A stretch of 64,000 nt of DNA from the human T2T-CHM13v2.0 reference genome, Homo sapiens: the NCBI RefSeq assembly GCF_009914755.1, contig NC_060929.1; one strand, 5' to 3'. A program made the translations under genes and the position numbers. This document shows positions 14,485 through 28,159 of the stretch, piece after piece. The notes below the pieces were generated by a model. The model did not search any database, had not been told where the DNA came from, and saw only the letters and a program-made list of their open reading frames with translations. Numbering within the stretch: the stretch's first letter is position 1; every line of letters begins with the position of its first letter.

Positions 14485-15452
14485 ATTAACAGTTGGTAAA
14501 GCTATGGTACAAATACTTTTAAAAATTGTCAATATCTACTAAAGTTATATGCATTCCTTATGATGTATCTTTTCTGTTAGGTGTCAAAGGAAATGCATGC
14601 ATATGTTCATCAGAATGTGTTCATATTAGCACTATTCATTGTAGCCATTGAAATGGAAAACTACCCCAATGGCTATCAATACTTGAAAGGATAAATGAAA
14701 TATGACAATGAGAATGAACAACCTACACATATATAGACAATTATTTTTTGACAAAGATACTGCAAGATATTTCAATGAGGAAAGAACTGTCTTTTCAACA
14801 AATAGAGACATATCAACTAGATATTAGAAATTGGGTACTGGAAAATAATCTTATACAATTCCCCCAAAATAATTTGAGACTGATCATAGACCTAAACATA
14901 GAAACCAAAACCACAAAGCTACTAGAAGAAAAGAATAGGAAGATATGTTCATGCCCTTAGGAAAATTTTTCTTACCTAAGACGTGAAAGCACTAACCATA
15001 AAATAAATGGTAAATTGGATTTAAAACTATAGTCTTCTATCAAAAAATACTATGAAGAAAATTAAAAAATGAGTCAGACTGGGAGAAAATGTTCTCTCTA
15101 CATATCGACAGAGGATTTAGATTCCTAAAATATAAAAACTCCTACAAATTAGAAATTTTAAATGCAAATAACCTAATTAAAAATGGGCAAGAGACTTCAA
15201 CATTTTACAAAAGAAAACAAGTTCGTGAAAACGTACCCAACATTAATAATCATATTGGAAATGCACATTAAAACTACAGTGGGGTGCCACTTCACACCCG
15301 TTAGAATGGATACAGATAAAAAGACTGCTAACACAAAGTGCGGGAGGGAGTGAAACAATAAGAACTCTCATGCATTGTTGGCGGGAGTGCAAAATATACA
15401 ACCACTTTGGAATACAGTTTGGCCATTTCTAATAAAAATTAAAAGTGCATTT
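14485..15452 (+). mobile_element. L1ME-like ORF2 3' fragments (two pieces, junction near 14730)
   Basis: 'caattattttttgacaaag', 'atcatagacctaaacatag', 'ccacttcacacccgttagaatgg', 'acaaccactttggaa'. Confidence 0.7.
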
Positions 15453-15649
15453 CACTTCTTTCTATTTTTTGTAGAATTGGTCAGGGTCTCCACAATTATG
15501 CTAGACTGAAGTAATGATTATCATCCTTCTTGCCATGTTCTGGATCTTAAAGGGAAGCATCCAGAACTAATCCATTAAGTATAATTTTGATTGCATGTTT
15601 TTTGGATACAACATTTATCAATTTATTATATTTTTCCAGCTAAACATTT

Positions 15650-16780
15650 ATTTATTACTTTTTGTTAAAACTTTTATTTTAGGTTCAGGGGTACATATGC
15701 AATTTTGTTATATAGGTAAACTCGTTTCACAGGGTTTTGATGTACAGATTATTTTGTCACCCATGTACTAAGCCTAGTACCCAACAGTTATTTTTTTAAT
15801 CCTCTCCTTCTTCTCAACCTTCACCCTCAAGTAGGCCCCAGTATCTGTTGTTCCCCTTTTGTGTCTATGACTTCTCATTATTTAGCTCTCATTTATAAGT
15901 GAGAACATGTGGTATTTGGTTTTCTGCTTCTGTGTTAGTTTGCTAAGGTTAATGGCCTCCAGTTCCATTCATGTTCCCACAAAAGACATGATCTTGTTCT
16001 TTTTTATGGCTGTATAGTATTTCATGGTATATATGTACCACATTTTCTTTATCCAATCTGTCATTGATGAGCATTTAGGTTGATTCTATGTCTTAGCTAT
16101 TGTGAATAGTGCTGCAATGAACACATGCATGCATGTATCTTTGTAATAGAATGATTTATATTCCTTTGGGTATATACCCAATAATGAGATTGCTGGGTCA
16201 AATGGTATTTCTGCCTCTAAGTCTTTGAGGAATTGTCACAATGTCTTCTACAACGTTTGAACTAATTTACATACCTACCAATAGTGTAAAAGTGTTCCTT
16301 CTTCTCTGTAACCTCACCAGTATCTGTTTTTTTTTTTTTTTTTTTTTTGATTCTTTCATAATAGCCATTCTGGCTAGTGTGAGATGTTATCTCACTATGG
16401 TTTTGATTTGCATTTCTCTGATTATCAGTGATACTGAGCTATTCTTCATATGTTTGCTGGCCACATATAAGTCTTCTTTTGAAAAGTTTCTCTTCACGTC
16501 CTTTGCCCACTTTCTAATGGGGTTGTTTATCTTTTATTGTAAATTTGTTTAATTTCCTTATAGATGCTCGATATTGGACCTTTGTTAGATCAACAACTTA
16601 GGCAATAACACTCTGGACGTAGGAACAGGCAAAGATTTTATGACAAAGACACAAAAGCAATTGCAACAAAATCAAAAATTGACAAAGGGGATCTAATTAA
16701 ACTTAAGAGCTTTGCACAACTAGAGAAACTATCAACAGAGTGAACAGACAACCTTCAGAATAGGAGAAAATATATGCGAA
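15650..16780 (-). mobile_element. L1PA15/16-like, 5'-truncated with twin-priming inversion (16591-16780 on + strand)
   Basis: 3' end 'ttttaggttcaggggtacatatgc...ctaagcctagtacccaa'; orientation flips at 16590/16591. Confidence 0.9.
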
Positions 16781-16819
16781 GGTGTTCCCTTCTTACCTTA
16801 CTTTGCTGAGACTTAAAAA

Positions 16820-18446
16820 ATTTTAAATTATTATGAGTACATAATAGTTGTACATATCTATGGGGTACATGTGACGTTTTGATACAAGCATACTGTGTAT
16901 AATGATCAAATCAGGGTAATTGGGGTATCTATCAACCCAAGCTTTTATTATTTCTTTGTGTTAGGAGTATTTCAATTCCACTATTTTACTTCTTTTAAAA
17001 TATACAATAAATTGTTGGTAACTATAGTCACCCTATTATGCTATCAACTCCTAGTACTAACTCATTCTAACTAATTGTATTTTTATACCCACTAACTATC
17101 CCTTCTTTATCCCCTGACTACCCTTTCACCTCTGATAACCATCATTCTGCTCTGTATCTCCATGAGTTCAATTTTTAAAGCTCTCACATAAGAGTGAGAA
17201 CATGAGATATTTGCCTTTGGGCCTAGGTTATTTCACCTAATATAATGTCCTCAAGTTCTTTCTAAGTTGTTGCAAATGACAAGGTTTCAGTATTTTTTAT
17301 GGCTGAATAGTATTCCATTGTGTATATGTACCACATTTTCTTTTTCATTCATCCATGGATGGACAGTTAGGTTGATTCCATATCTTGGCTATTGTGAGTA
17401 GTGCTGCCATAGACACGGGGGTGCAGATACTGCTTCAGTATATAATTTTCCTTTCTTTTGGATATATACCCAGAAGTGGTATTGTGGATCATATGGTAGT
17501 TCTATTTTTAGTTTTTTGAGGAATCTCCATAGCGGCTGTGCTAATTTATATTCCCACCAACTGTGTATGAGGGTTCCCCTTTCTCCACATCTTCACTAAC
17601 ATTTATTATTGCTTGTCCTTTGGATAAAAGCCATTTTAATTGGGGTGAGATGATATCTTATTATAGTTTTGACTTGCATTTCTCTGACAATTAGTGATGT
17701 TGAACATTTTTGCATACTGGGCCATTTTGTATATCTTCTTTTGTGAAATGTCTATTCAAGTCTTTTTCCCATTTTAAATTTGTGTTGTTTTCTTCCTACT
17801 GAGTTGTTTGGGCTCCTTCTGTATTCTAATTATTAATCTTTTGTCAGATGAGTGGTTTGCAAATATTTTCTCCCATTCTGTCAGTTGTTTCTTTACTTTG
17901 TCAATTGTTTCCTTTGCTATACAGAATTTTTTAGCTTGATGTGATCCCACTTATTCATTTTTGCTTTGCTTGCCTGTGCTTTTGAGGTTTTTCTCAAAAA
18001 ATCTTTGCTTAGACCAATGTCTTGAAGTGTTTCCCCAAAGTTTTCTTTTAGTAGTTTCAGATCCTAGTTTTAAGTCTTCAATCCATTTTGATTTTATGTA
18101 TGTATATGGTGAGATACATATCACACATATGTATATGGTGAGAAATAGGGATGTAGTTTTGTTCTTGTACAAATGGACATCGAGTTTTCCCAGCATCATT
18201 TTTTGAAGACTGTCCTTTCCCCATTGTATGTTCTTGGTATTTTGTCAAAAATAGGTTCACTATAAATGCACGGATTTATTTTCTGGGTTCTCTATTCTGC
18301 TTGATTTTTTTATATGTCTGTTTTTATGCTAGTACTATGCTGCTTTGGTTACTATAGCTTTGTAGTGTAATTTGAAGTGAGGTGGAGTGATGCCTCTGGT
18401 TTTGTTCTTTTGTCTCAGGATGGCTTTGGCTATTCTGGATCTTTGA
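16820..18446 (-). mobile_element. L1MA4-like 3' end and ORF2 C-terminal part
   Basis: 'tggggtacatgtgacgttttgatacaagcata...aatgatcaaatcagggtaattggggtatc'; ORF 18335-18556 ends '[19 protein letters not shown]'. Confidence 0.88.
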
Positions 18447-18710
18447 AACTTTTCATCTTTGTTAAGGATCGAACACATTTTATCTAATACATATTCTAAA
18501 TCAATAAAGTAGTTATAGGATTTTCTCCTCTTATCTACCAAAGTGGTGAAGTACACATAAAACTTTTCCTGAGTTCAACTCTGTTTGCACTCTTTGAATA
18601 AACCCAACTTGATCAGAATATATCACTATTTTAATTAAAAGTAAAATTCCATTTAGGTGGTTAATATTTTATTTATGATATTTGTATGCATATTCATAAG
18701 TAAAATATGA

Positions 18711-19292
18711 AAGGATTTGAAGGAAATTTGAAGGAAAAAACTGTTATTTGCAAATGATATTATTGTATACTGAGAACAACTAAAAAAATCAACATGAATT
18801 AAGTAGAGAGTTTGGCAGAGTTGCTGAATATAAGATCCTCCTATAGGCAATGTTTAAAAATTTATCCCCAAAATAACCATCTAGAAAATATATTGTATGT
18901 TATTCTATTTATAATGGCATGAAAACTATAAGCATATTGGAATTAACTTTTAAAAAAGCAACATCTCTATGTAGAAATTTAAAAACTCTAATAAAGAAAC
19001 TAAAGGATGAAGAGGTATTCTGATAAGACAAATTAATATAAATGTCAATTTTTACCCAATGACTCTATAAATTCAAAACAATCCACTAAAAGTCCAAGTG
19101 GAGCTATTGAGAAGTCTGATAAACTTATTCTAAAATTTATATGCAAATTACCAAGTTAATGATTAGAAAGAAGAAAAACTATAAGGAGAAACTAGATATT
19201 CTTGCTACAAAGCCATAGCAATAAAATATTATTGTTGGTAAAGAAGAAACAGACCAACAAAAGAGAATATAGAATTCAGATTCAGAATACAG
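18711..19292 (+). mobile_element. L1ME-like ORF2 (RT region) fragment
   Basis: 'ttatttgcaaatgatattattgtatac' (LFADDMIVY), 'tataaattcaaaacaatcc', 'aaacttattctaaaatttatatg'. Confidence 0.7.
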
Positions 19293-20409
19293 TTCCCAGG
19301 GCTGAAATCTTCTGGCCTGAGTCTCCGCCTTTCTGATTCTTCTTCCAGGAGCTGCTATTTTTTTCTGCACATCCCTGCTGTTCTCATGTGGTTTCCTAGG
19401 CTAGACTTCCTTCCACAGTATCTTTATGTCTGTTTCTAACCTTCTTTGCCTATGAGCTCTTGTTTGGTGATATCCATTAAGGTTTTGCTTCCTTACAATG
19501 GGCCTTAGAAAATGTCTGCCATTCATGTTAGCCTGGAGCTGCAACTCTCTAACCTTAATGCTTATATGATCTAAGGATCTGTGAGAGCTAGGGTAGAACA
19601 CACCTCAAATTGTTCTTCGTAAAGACAAAGAAAGTGGGAGCATTTATCTACCAACCCAATCCATGATTGGATGAGGTACAATCCCCTCCTCTCCTCACTA
19701 CATTTTTTGATCTGCCCCTTCTGTACTCTGAGGCAAACTGCCTCTGCCAGAGAAAGCCCTTAGGCAGAGAGTCAGAGATGCTTGCTGTAAAATTCTGTTG
19801 GCTAATATGGAAAGCCTTGGCACCAAAACATCTGCTATGGTACATTAGTGCCATCTTTTTTTTTCTCTTGTATTTGTACTCTAGAGAGCCTGGTAGAATC
19901 CTAGGGGTGAAGAAGCTGAATGAAATAATTATAGCTATATTTGGAGGGTGGTGTTCTATTCCTATTCCTCAGAACTCTCGGGAAATGAGTGGTGTTTGGG
20001 CTAATTGCCTCTAAGCTTCAACAATTCATGTTAAAAGTAGAATCTAGTTTTTCCTCATGGAAATATCTTATAATTGAGGACCATATACTCTAGAGGAGTG
20101 ATCTCTTCCCTATTCTGAGGCTGAACTATTTATAATACTAAACCGTTGAGAAAACTCTTGCTTGTCTCCGCCTTTTAGAGATAAATTTCCTACCCAGTTG
20201 CTAGTATCTTTGTCCCACATGGAGAAAAGAAAAAGCACACTATTCTGACTTCTGAGAGAACCACCAGCCTCTTAGTCGCTCCCTTTGATCAGGATGAGTC
20301 CCTGAGTTTTCTCTTGGGAACCACTACCCAAGACAACAGCCCCATTTTGCAAGCAAACAACTTGGTGATAAAGCCCCAGCAGTTGTATCCAGTTGAAGGC
20401 AGGGCAAAT

Positions 20410-20645
20410 AGTGGAAAAAACATTAGAGCCGGAAGAGCAGGATTGAAGACTCCACTTGGTCTCTTATTAGTTGTGTGATATCAGACATATAATCCCTCCC
20501 AGAGCATCAGTTTCCCCTTATATTTAAAATGCAGGTTAACCTAATTCACAGGGCCATTTTGAAAATTAAATGGAATAAAAATTAATAATATCTGTGAAAA
20601 TATCCTGTAGACTGTCAATGCCAATGCCATAGAAAATGTTATTGG
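20410..20645 (+). mobile_element. MIR (MIRc/MIR3-like)
   Basis: 'cttattagttgtgtgata...agagcatcagtttcccc...taaaatg...tcacagggccattttgaaaattaaatg'. Confidence 0.65.
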
Positions 20646-21558
20646 TACAATCATAAGAAAAACATCTCTTCTTATAGGAAATAGATTTTACTTGTTCAGG
20701 GAGTTTATCAGTCATTGGTTTTGACCCTTTACAGGGAAATTGTGAGACATGCTAAATTGAATTTGGATTCAATGCATTACATGAGATCTTAGGGCCAGTA
20801 GTAGTCCAATTTGTATTATAAATGTACATTGGATTTTCAGGATTTTTAAAAAAATTCCTTGTCTCTTTAATTGCAGCCTCCTGTACTCTTCGTAAAATCA
20901 TCATACAATTTTACATATACTATTTTTTAAAGTATTATGCTATTAGACCAAAAATACATTTAAGTGACAGGAAATCCTTATCAAGCCATCAAAAGCTGGA
21001 AAGTGATGCTTCAGAAAGTCCTTCACATGCAGGTTAAGTAAGAAATGCATTTCCAACCTGCCAAAGAGATGGAAACAGGCTGCACAGGGAACTCAGTTCA
21101 TTCTGTGAATGGGTGGGCATAGCCGGGTCAGCAAACACAAAGGAGTAGGAGCAACCAGGACTTAAAAAGAAAGGGCCGTTGACTCTGGGAGCAGCAGTGG
21201 TATATTCTGATGTTAAAGATCTTCCTATAACTATGACCAAGAGATCCAGAAAAAAACATTTAGGGAAATGCTGGTAGAGAAGAGGAAAGCTCATTGATTC
21301 TTTGAATACATATTTGAGTATAATATGAATCAGGTAGGAATACAGGTTTTAGGCAAGGCATTTGTAGAGGAGGTGGGCCTTGCGGTATGTCTTGAAGATG
21401 GTGGGAATTGAAAAGGTCAAGGAGAGAGATGAGGGATTTAGAGGGAAGGGGGACGATGCACTAAAACTAGATTCCTGAGTGAGCATAGTGTGAAGACAAG
21501 GGGAATGGCCTTGGCAGAAGTTCAGGATGTTTGTTGAGGGTGATGGGAGATTGGATTG

Positions 21559-21946
21559 GTGTTGCTGTTTGCTTTCCTGGAAAGTAGACCCTGAGACAGA
21601 GATATGCATGCAAGACATTTACAGGTGAGTGCTCTTGGAATCAACATCTGTAGGGAAGTGAAGGCAGGAGGACTGGACAGAGAGAGAAGCTGGGCTGTAG
21701 CGTAGCTGCAACCAATCACCTCAGGAAGCTCTGAATTTAGGATGGCCCTGCAGAATTGCTGCACATCAGTTTTTCATTGTGTGGCTTGCCATGGCTATTA
21801 ACAAGGTGTCTCTCTTCAGGTAAAGGCAAGTGCCTGGAGTGCGTACTCAGATGCCAGGTGTCAGCCTTCAATAGTCTCAACAGTATGAGAATAAACCCCT
21901 TAAAGGGTTGGTGGTAGTCAGGTGGTGTACTACAGTGCTCACTCCA
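21559..21946 (-). mobile_element. LTR16C-like ERVL solo LTR
   Basis: 'agaccctgagacagagatatgcatgcaagacattt...gagtgctcttggaatcaacatctgtaggg...ggatggccctgcagaattg'. Confidence 0.75.
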
Positions 21947-21997
21947 TTGGATAATTAGGATAACTTCAGATGTTAAGGAGTCTGGGGGCAGGGTTAT

Positions 21998-22227
21998 GTA
22001 TGATTAAGGTGAGGGAAGTGAGGTATTTTCCTCAGGCACAAAATTTAAGGGGAACTCCAAAAAAATTCAGTCATAAAGATAACTAACATTTTAATGCAAT
22101 ATTTTAAAAAACCAAAGTCAATGCAAAAACACTCAACGATGAACAAGATCTTAAATAAAGACTAGATCAGTAGTACTAATTTTTCCTTTGCCTCAGGCTC
22201 CAATATGGCTTGGCAGAACAACACCTG
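21998..22227 (+). mobile_element. MER96B-like hAT MITE
   Basis: 'ggtgagggaagtgagg...ggcacaaaatttaagggg...ttttaatgcaatattttaaaaa...gcctcaggctccaatatggct'; possible 8-bp TSD agggttat/aaggttat. Confidence 0.75.
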
Positions 22228-22364
22228 AAGGTTATAACATTTATTCTGCAGGAAACAGGAAACCATTGGAAGTTTTCCTCTTTTCATTTTCCTATAATAG
22301 CTATACTATTATAACATTAAATTTGTTTTAATTGCCAAAAAGTTTTTTACTTGAAATCTTACAA

Positions 22365-22830
22365 ATAGGACTCTTGTTTGCAAGAGACAGGAAAACTAGT
22401 TACAACGGGCTTGGCCAATAACTACAGGTAATGTACTGACCTACACAGAATTCAGGCTCAGTTTGATCCAGTGGCTTAAGCAATACCTTTAGTGATCAGT
22501 TTCTCTCCATCATAAAGGTATTCATTCTTCTACTGGCTTTCTTCATTAAAAAAGATATGGACAGCATTCCTGAGTCTCTCATTCTCAATCAACCAAGTCC
22601 AGAGGAAAAGAAATTGCATTTCTTTCTCCAAAACCTCAGCAAAATTATCTGATTGGAATATAAATTCAACCATGAGTCTATCCCTGTGACCAGGTGAATG
22701 GGATGTGATGATTGGCTTATGCTAACAATGCATACTTCCCTACCTGTGAGAGAGGTCATTCTATACAACTGGGGTACTTCTACCAAAAAAAAAAAAAAAA
22801 AGATGGAGTTCTTTCTAGGGAGCTTACTGC
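22365..22830 (-). mobile_element. MLT1K/L/M-like MaLR LTR
   Basis: 'gactcttgtttgcaagagacagg', 'ttcaggctcagtttgatccagtggct', 'ctgtgaccaggtgaatgggatgtgatgattggctta'. Confidence 0.6.
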
Positions 22831-22929
22831 ACATGAACATACATTTCTCTGTTTCTGTTCAATCCATGTCCATACAAATACATGTGTAATTAAAGTGTTG
22901 CAATCATTTATTTAATAATACCATATAAC

Positions 22930-24160
22930 ACCTTTATTTTTAAAAACATTTAAGTAATATAAGAATACTATTAAAAGCAAGTAGGAGGGAATATAAAATA
23001 CCCATTCCACTCACTCCTACTTCTCCTGTTCTCCAGGAGAAAATATTTTACTCCTCGGAGGTACCCTGTTTTTAAATTTATTTATAATTTGCTTTTTTAA
23101 AAAAATATACATCGTACATATATTTGTTATTTATGTGTTTTCAAAAAAAGGTGGTATAATACATGTATCACATTTTTCTTCAACTTGCTTTAAAATTACA
23201 CTTATTGTATACTTACTTTTACTTTTTAGTGACCAAAACTTGTATTTTTCACTTAGCAATATTCTTGAATATCGGTCAATATTAGTACCTACATGAGTTT
23301 TTTTTTTAAAGCTACTGCATGGTGTTCCATGGTATGGTTGATGTTTTCAGAATATTTAAGAAAACTCATTTGATAGATATTTAGTTTGTTTTCAGTTTTT
23401 TATTACTATAAATCATGATTCAATGAACATCATTGTATGTGTTTTTCTACACACAGGAGAATAATATCAAGCAAAGACAAATCTAGAAATTAAGAATTTT
23501 TTAAATAAATGGATTTGGTTCAAAAAAGAATCTTAATTCTACTTTTTTTCTCAAATAGATTATTAAATGCATCAATATTGATTGTTACAGTATATGCTTT
23601 TCCTAATAGTTTGAAATGGTAACTTTTCCATAAGTTATTTTTTCATATAAAATTGTGGCTGTTTCTAGATAGTCAAGATCATTAATCTATTTGTTTAACC
23701 TAGGATTAGTATTACAATACTTTACTCTGTCTACCTTTTAATATAGTTTATATCTGGTATAAAGCACAGATATATTTGAGTATAAAACATGCAATCTGTT
23801 ATTATGTTTTCAGAATAGCTTCACAACTCTAGCTCAGTTAGCATTCCTTACAAATGTTAGAATCAGCTTGTCAAACTTCATGTAAAATCCTTCTGAGATG
23901 GCATTGATTTTAAGACTAATTTGGAGAAAATTATCATTTATTCAAGTCTTTTATGTACCTCAAAAAAACCTTATTCTTTTCTCTATAAAGACCTTGCATG
24001 TTGTTTATGATGCTTAATTCTAATTACATTATGGTTGTTTTTATTTTAAACAGGATAGTTTTCTTCTTATACATTTTTAATTGATTTTGCTAATGTAATG
24101 GACATTGATTTTAATAAGTGACCTTGTAACCACCTACTCTGCTAAACTCTTTTCTGATAT
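22930..24160 (-). mobile_element. L1ME-like 3' end and ORF2
   Basis: 'ttttcacttagcaatatt', 'ttagaatcagcttgtcaa', 'accttgtaaccacctactctgctaaactc'. Confidence 0.6.
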
Positions 24161-24639
24161 AACCTATCATGTGGTTCCTCATTGCCTCTTCTTTAAGAGC
24201 TGGTATTCTCCAGTCTTCCTGGATGTTTCTAACCCTGTCGAGACACAGACCTTCTCCAAAATAATCTCTCATAGTCACTCGTCCCACCTGATGGCAAACA
24301 CTATTCACCTAGTCCAACTGGTAATGAGGGAGAAATGTGGGGTGGCTTCTCACCAGGATAATCCTGCTGCAGCGCGCCAACTAGGCATTGTCAGTTGCCC
24401 TTGATCAATTGTCTTTTATTTTTTTCTCCAACATTTCTTGTCCATCAAGAGTTCTACTTATTTGTATACAGAATAATGTACGTGGTATAATCTATGGTAC
24501 ATGGTACAATGTATAATCTAGAACATTTATAGGGTGAGGAAATTTATATATAGAAATATAAATATAGAAATATAAATATAGAGGAGTGAGACTGTAGCAA
24601 ATGTTGAAATAGAAGACCATTTTTCCCAAGTGAAGTTCC

Positions 24640-26275
24640 TTGCCATTTATTAAATCCTCCATCTTTTCATAAAGTATATTTTCTTTTCATAAAGTATATT
24701 TTCAAGTCTTACTGGCATTATGACTGAAATTTTTATATATGTAGATTAATTTAGATCGAACTTACATATTTTATTATTGTATTCCTAACTATGGACATGA
24801 TATAGCTCACCATTTATTCATGTATTCTTTTATTTTCTTTAGTAAATTTTTACATCTGTCTTCATAAATTTCTCATACATTTCTTTCCTGGCTTAATCCT
24901 AGGTACTTTATTATTCATGTTTCAATGTGAATGAATTTTTTAAGAAAGACAACATTTTCTAATTGATTATTGCTATTATGTAGAAAGGCCATTATTTTTT
25001 TCCCATTCTCTTTTCTTTCTGTGGTTCATTTTCGATCATTCTGTTAAACTATTTTCAAATTTGCTGATTCTTCTTATGTTAGATACAATCTATTGTTAAA
25101 CCTATTTTGAATCCTTAATTTCAGTATTATATTTTTTAGTTCTAGAATGTCCATCTTATTCAGCTAACTCCAGTATCTGGATTATCTATGAATTTGCTTT
25201 TATTGGCTATTTTTTCTCTTCGTATTTGTCCTATGGATTCTGTGTCTTGGCATGCTTAGTAATTTGTTATTGAATGCAGGACTTTGTTTATTGAAGAAAA
25301 AATGGTAGAGACATCAGATGACACCATTTTCCATCAATGTTCACCTTTTCCTCTGCCTGGAAAAGAGGCTATGGAGATGACTCCCTTGAATCAACTAGGG
25401 ACTAAATCTGGGTCAAGCCTGAGCTGCAGTTTAGGGAAGACCTGGTCTACCTGTCTTTCCCCTTTCCAAGGCTGTGGCTCTTCTTGGCTTTCATTTGAGA
25501 ATGTGGCAGTTATTTGTCTCAGGAATGAGAGACTGATGGGATCTGTATTCTACTTTTTAAAGGTTTTAGGTCTATCTCTTTTTTCCCTTCCTCCATGAAA
25601 CTGCAAAATTTGACAAATATTCTAAGACTGTAAGACTAACACTGTATTTGAGGCCTCTAAAGTCTCCAGTTTTGTCACTCGGGCCCCATATAACTCTGCT
25701 ACGGGCTGAACTTGGATTCTCACCCTTTATGTTAACCCAGATTAGCATATTCTCCCTACCAAAAAACAGTTTCCGCTCATTAATGCCAATTACTCCCTGC
25801 AGGGATTTTTAACTCTCTAGTAGTCTTGTACTTGTCAGGTATTTTTTTAAAGCACCAAGAGAACGCATAAAATTTCATTTTGCCTTTCAGAAATTTCCTT
25901 TTTTTTAAAGTCCTCCTGATCAGCACAACTTTGGAATTCAAACATTGAGAGGAAAATCATCTATGTGTTTAAAGCTTCTTAAGTTTACAATTTCATCTCT
26001 ACTTCCCTGCATGAGGACCAAAAGCTCTGCTGGTTTCTCTGTCCCACATCAGTGGCCCTATGCTTGGGACAAGCCCAGATTCTCACCTCTAGTCACATTC
26101 AGGATAGGTCGCTACTCCCATTTGATCTTCAGTTCATCTCTGAGAGGTTCTCTTCCCACTAGAATTTTAGTTTCCATAGTTCCAATTGCTTTCAAAGGTT
26201 TGGATATTCTAACTACTTATTGTATCTTACCCAGAAGTAGAAATGTCAGGCCATTTATTTTTATAAGTTAACCAT
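24640..26275 (-). mobile_element. L1ME-like ORF2 fragment followed by an L1ME ORF1/5'-end fragment
   Basis: 'tcctaggtacttta', 'ttttctaattgattattgct'; 5'-end-like 'ttattgaatgcaggactttg', 'ccaaaagctctgctggtttctc'. Confidence 0.5.
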
Positions 26276-26429
26276 GATTATAGCACAGTGGTTTTATTAC
26301 TGTGCCATTATATTCTCACATTGCCAAGGTTTCCCAGGATTGCTGCAATCTCAGGTTTTATAGGGAAACCAGACCTGTAGGAGTAAACTTGGGCTGGGAA
26401 GCTGGTCAATGTCCCTAAGTGTATTTCTA

Positions 26430-26880
26430 TGGTTGGGGCTTGGCCCGTTAGAATTCCCTTTTGGCAGTAGATAAACTACTGGTCTTTTTATATAGTCACA
26501 TTTTAATTCGTGAGCTTTCAGAACTAATTCATTTAGTGATCGCCAAATGTAGGTATTCATGTTTTAAGTGTGGTTGGGTGGTATATTTTCTGAGCCCTTG
26601 TGCACTTGAATTTTCTTTCTGTTGCCTTTATATATGAATGATCACATTGTTTGGTATCAAACTCCTGAATAACAAGCTCTTTTTCTCCACTGAAGGACTC
26701 TGGAGATAATGTTTCAAACTTTTCAGGTGTTTAATATTTCAGACATCACACTTTAGTTGTTTCTTCCCAGGTGGGTAGTCTGTTCTTTTCTTCCTAGACA
26801 TTTTCCAAATGTTCTAACTGTTTATATCTTTTGGGTTCAGAATTTTTTTTTCAATTTTGGTTTTTTGGGTTTGGAGTAAT
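26430..26880 (-). mobile_element. HAL1/L1ME ORF1-like fragment
   Basis: 'gggtggtatattttctgagcccttgtgcacttgaa...ctgttgcctttatatatgaatgatc...ttggtatcaaactc'. Confidence 0.5.
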
Positions 26881-26912
26881 ATCTTACTTTTTAAATTAAA
26901 AATGTCGAGTTT

Positions 26913-27157
26913 GGCTGGATGCGGTGGCTCACTGCCTACAATCCTAGAGCTTTGGGTGGCTGAAGAGGAGGACTGTTTAAGGCCAGGAGTTCAAGACCAA
27001 CCTCGGCAACAAAGTGAGACCTTGTCTCTACAAAAAAAAAAAAAAAGTTTTTAAATAGCTGGGTATGTTGGTGCATGCCACTTGTAGTGAGCCATGATCA
27101 CGCTATTGCGCTTCAGACTGGGTGATAGAGCAAGACCCTCTCTCTCTCTTAAAAAAA
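26913..27157 (+). mobile_element. AluJ with right-arm internal deletion
   Basis: J-type left arm ('ggccaggagttcaagacc', 'gtgagaccttgtctctac'); right arm jumps from 'cttgtagt' to 'gagccatgatc'. Confidence 0.9.
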
Positions 27158-27325
27158 TACATGTTTACCACAAAATTTTTTTAGCATAAATTAATATAAA
27201 AAATTATAAAAGTGACCCCAAATTCCACCACCCTGAAGTAACAGGTGTTAATATCTGCTGATCACCATTTCAGACAGACTTAAAAATATATACAAATATG
27301 TAGATTAACAAATAAATATATGTAA

Positions 27326-27965
<640 letters not shown>

Positions 27966-28159
27966 TAATTAAAATGTTTTAATAAAAAATTTTCAATTTT
28001 ATTTTACTTGAACAGAAGAAAACTAAAGCAAAATCAAATAAATTATTGAACTTCACAGAGAAGTTCACTTATTCACTATAAGAGATATTTAGTTTTAACA
28101 CATTGCTCTAATGTTAAGAAAAGAACATAATAAACACGTTTCTATTTTGGAAACTATTT

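Larger units (their letters stand above)
15480..18710 (-). mobile_element. Old L1M ORF2 segment (host of the L1PA15/16 and L1MA4 insertions)
   Basis: Collinear reverse ORF2 pieces at ~15480-15625, 16781-16812 and ~18455-18710; ORF 18653-18850 ends 'LMNMHTNIINKILT' (ORF2p LMNIDAKILNKIL). Confidence 0.65.

Noticed and set aside
26755-26776. Recursive-site-like 'tttcttcccag|gtgggt'
   Set aside because: Lies in T-rich antisense LINE-derived DNA, where such motifs arise often
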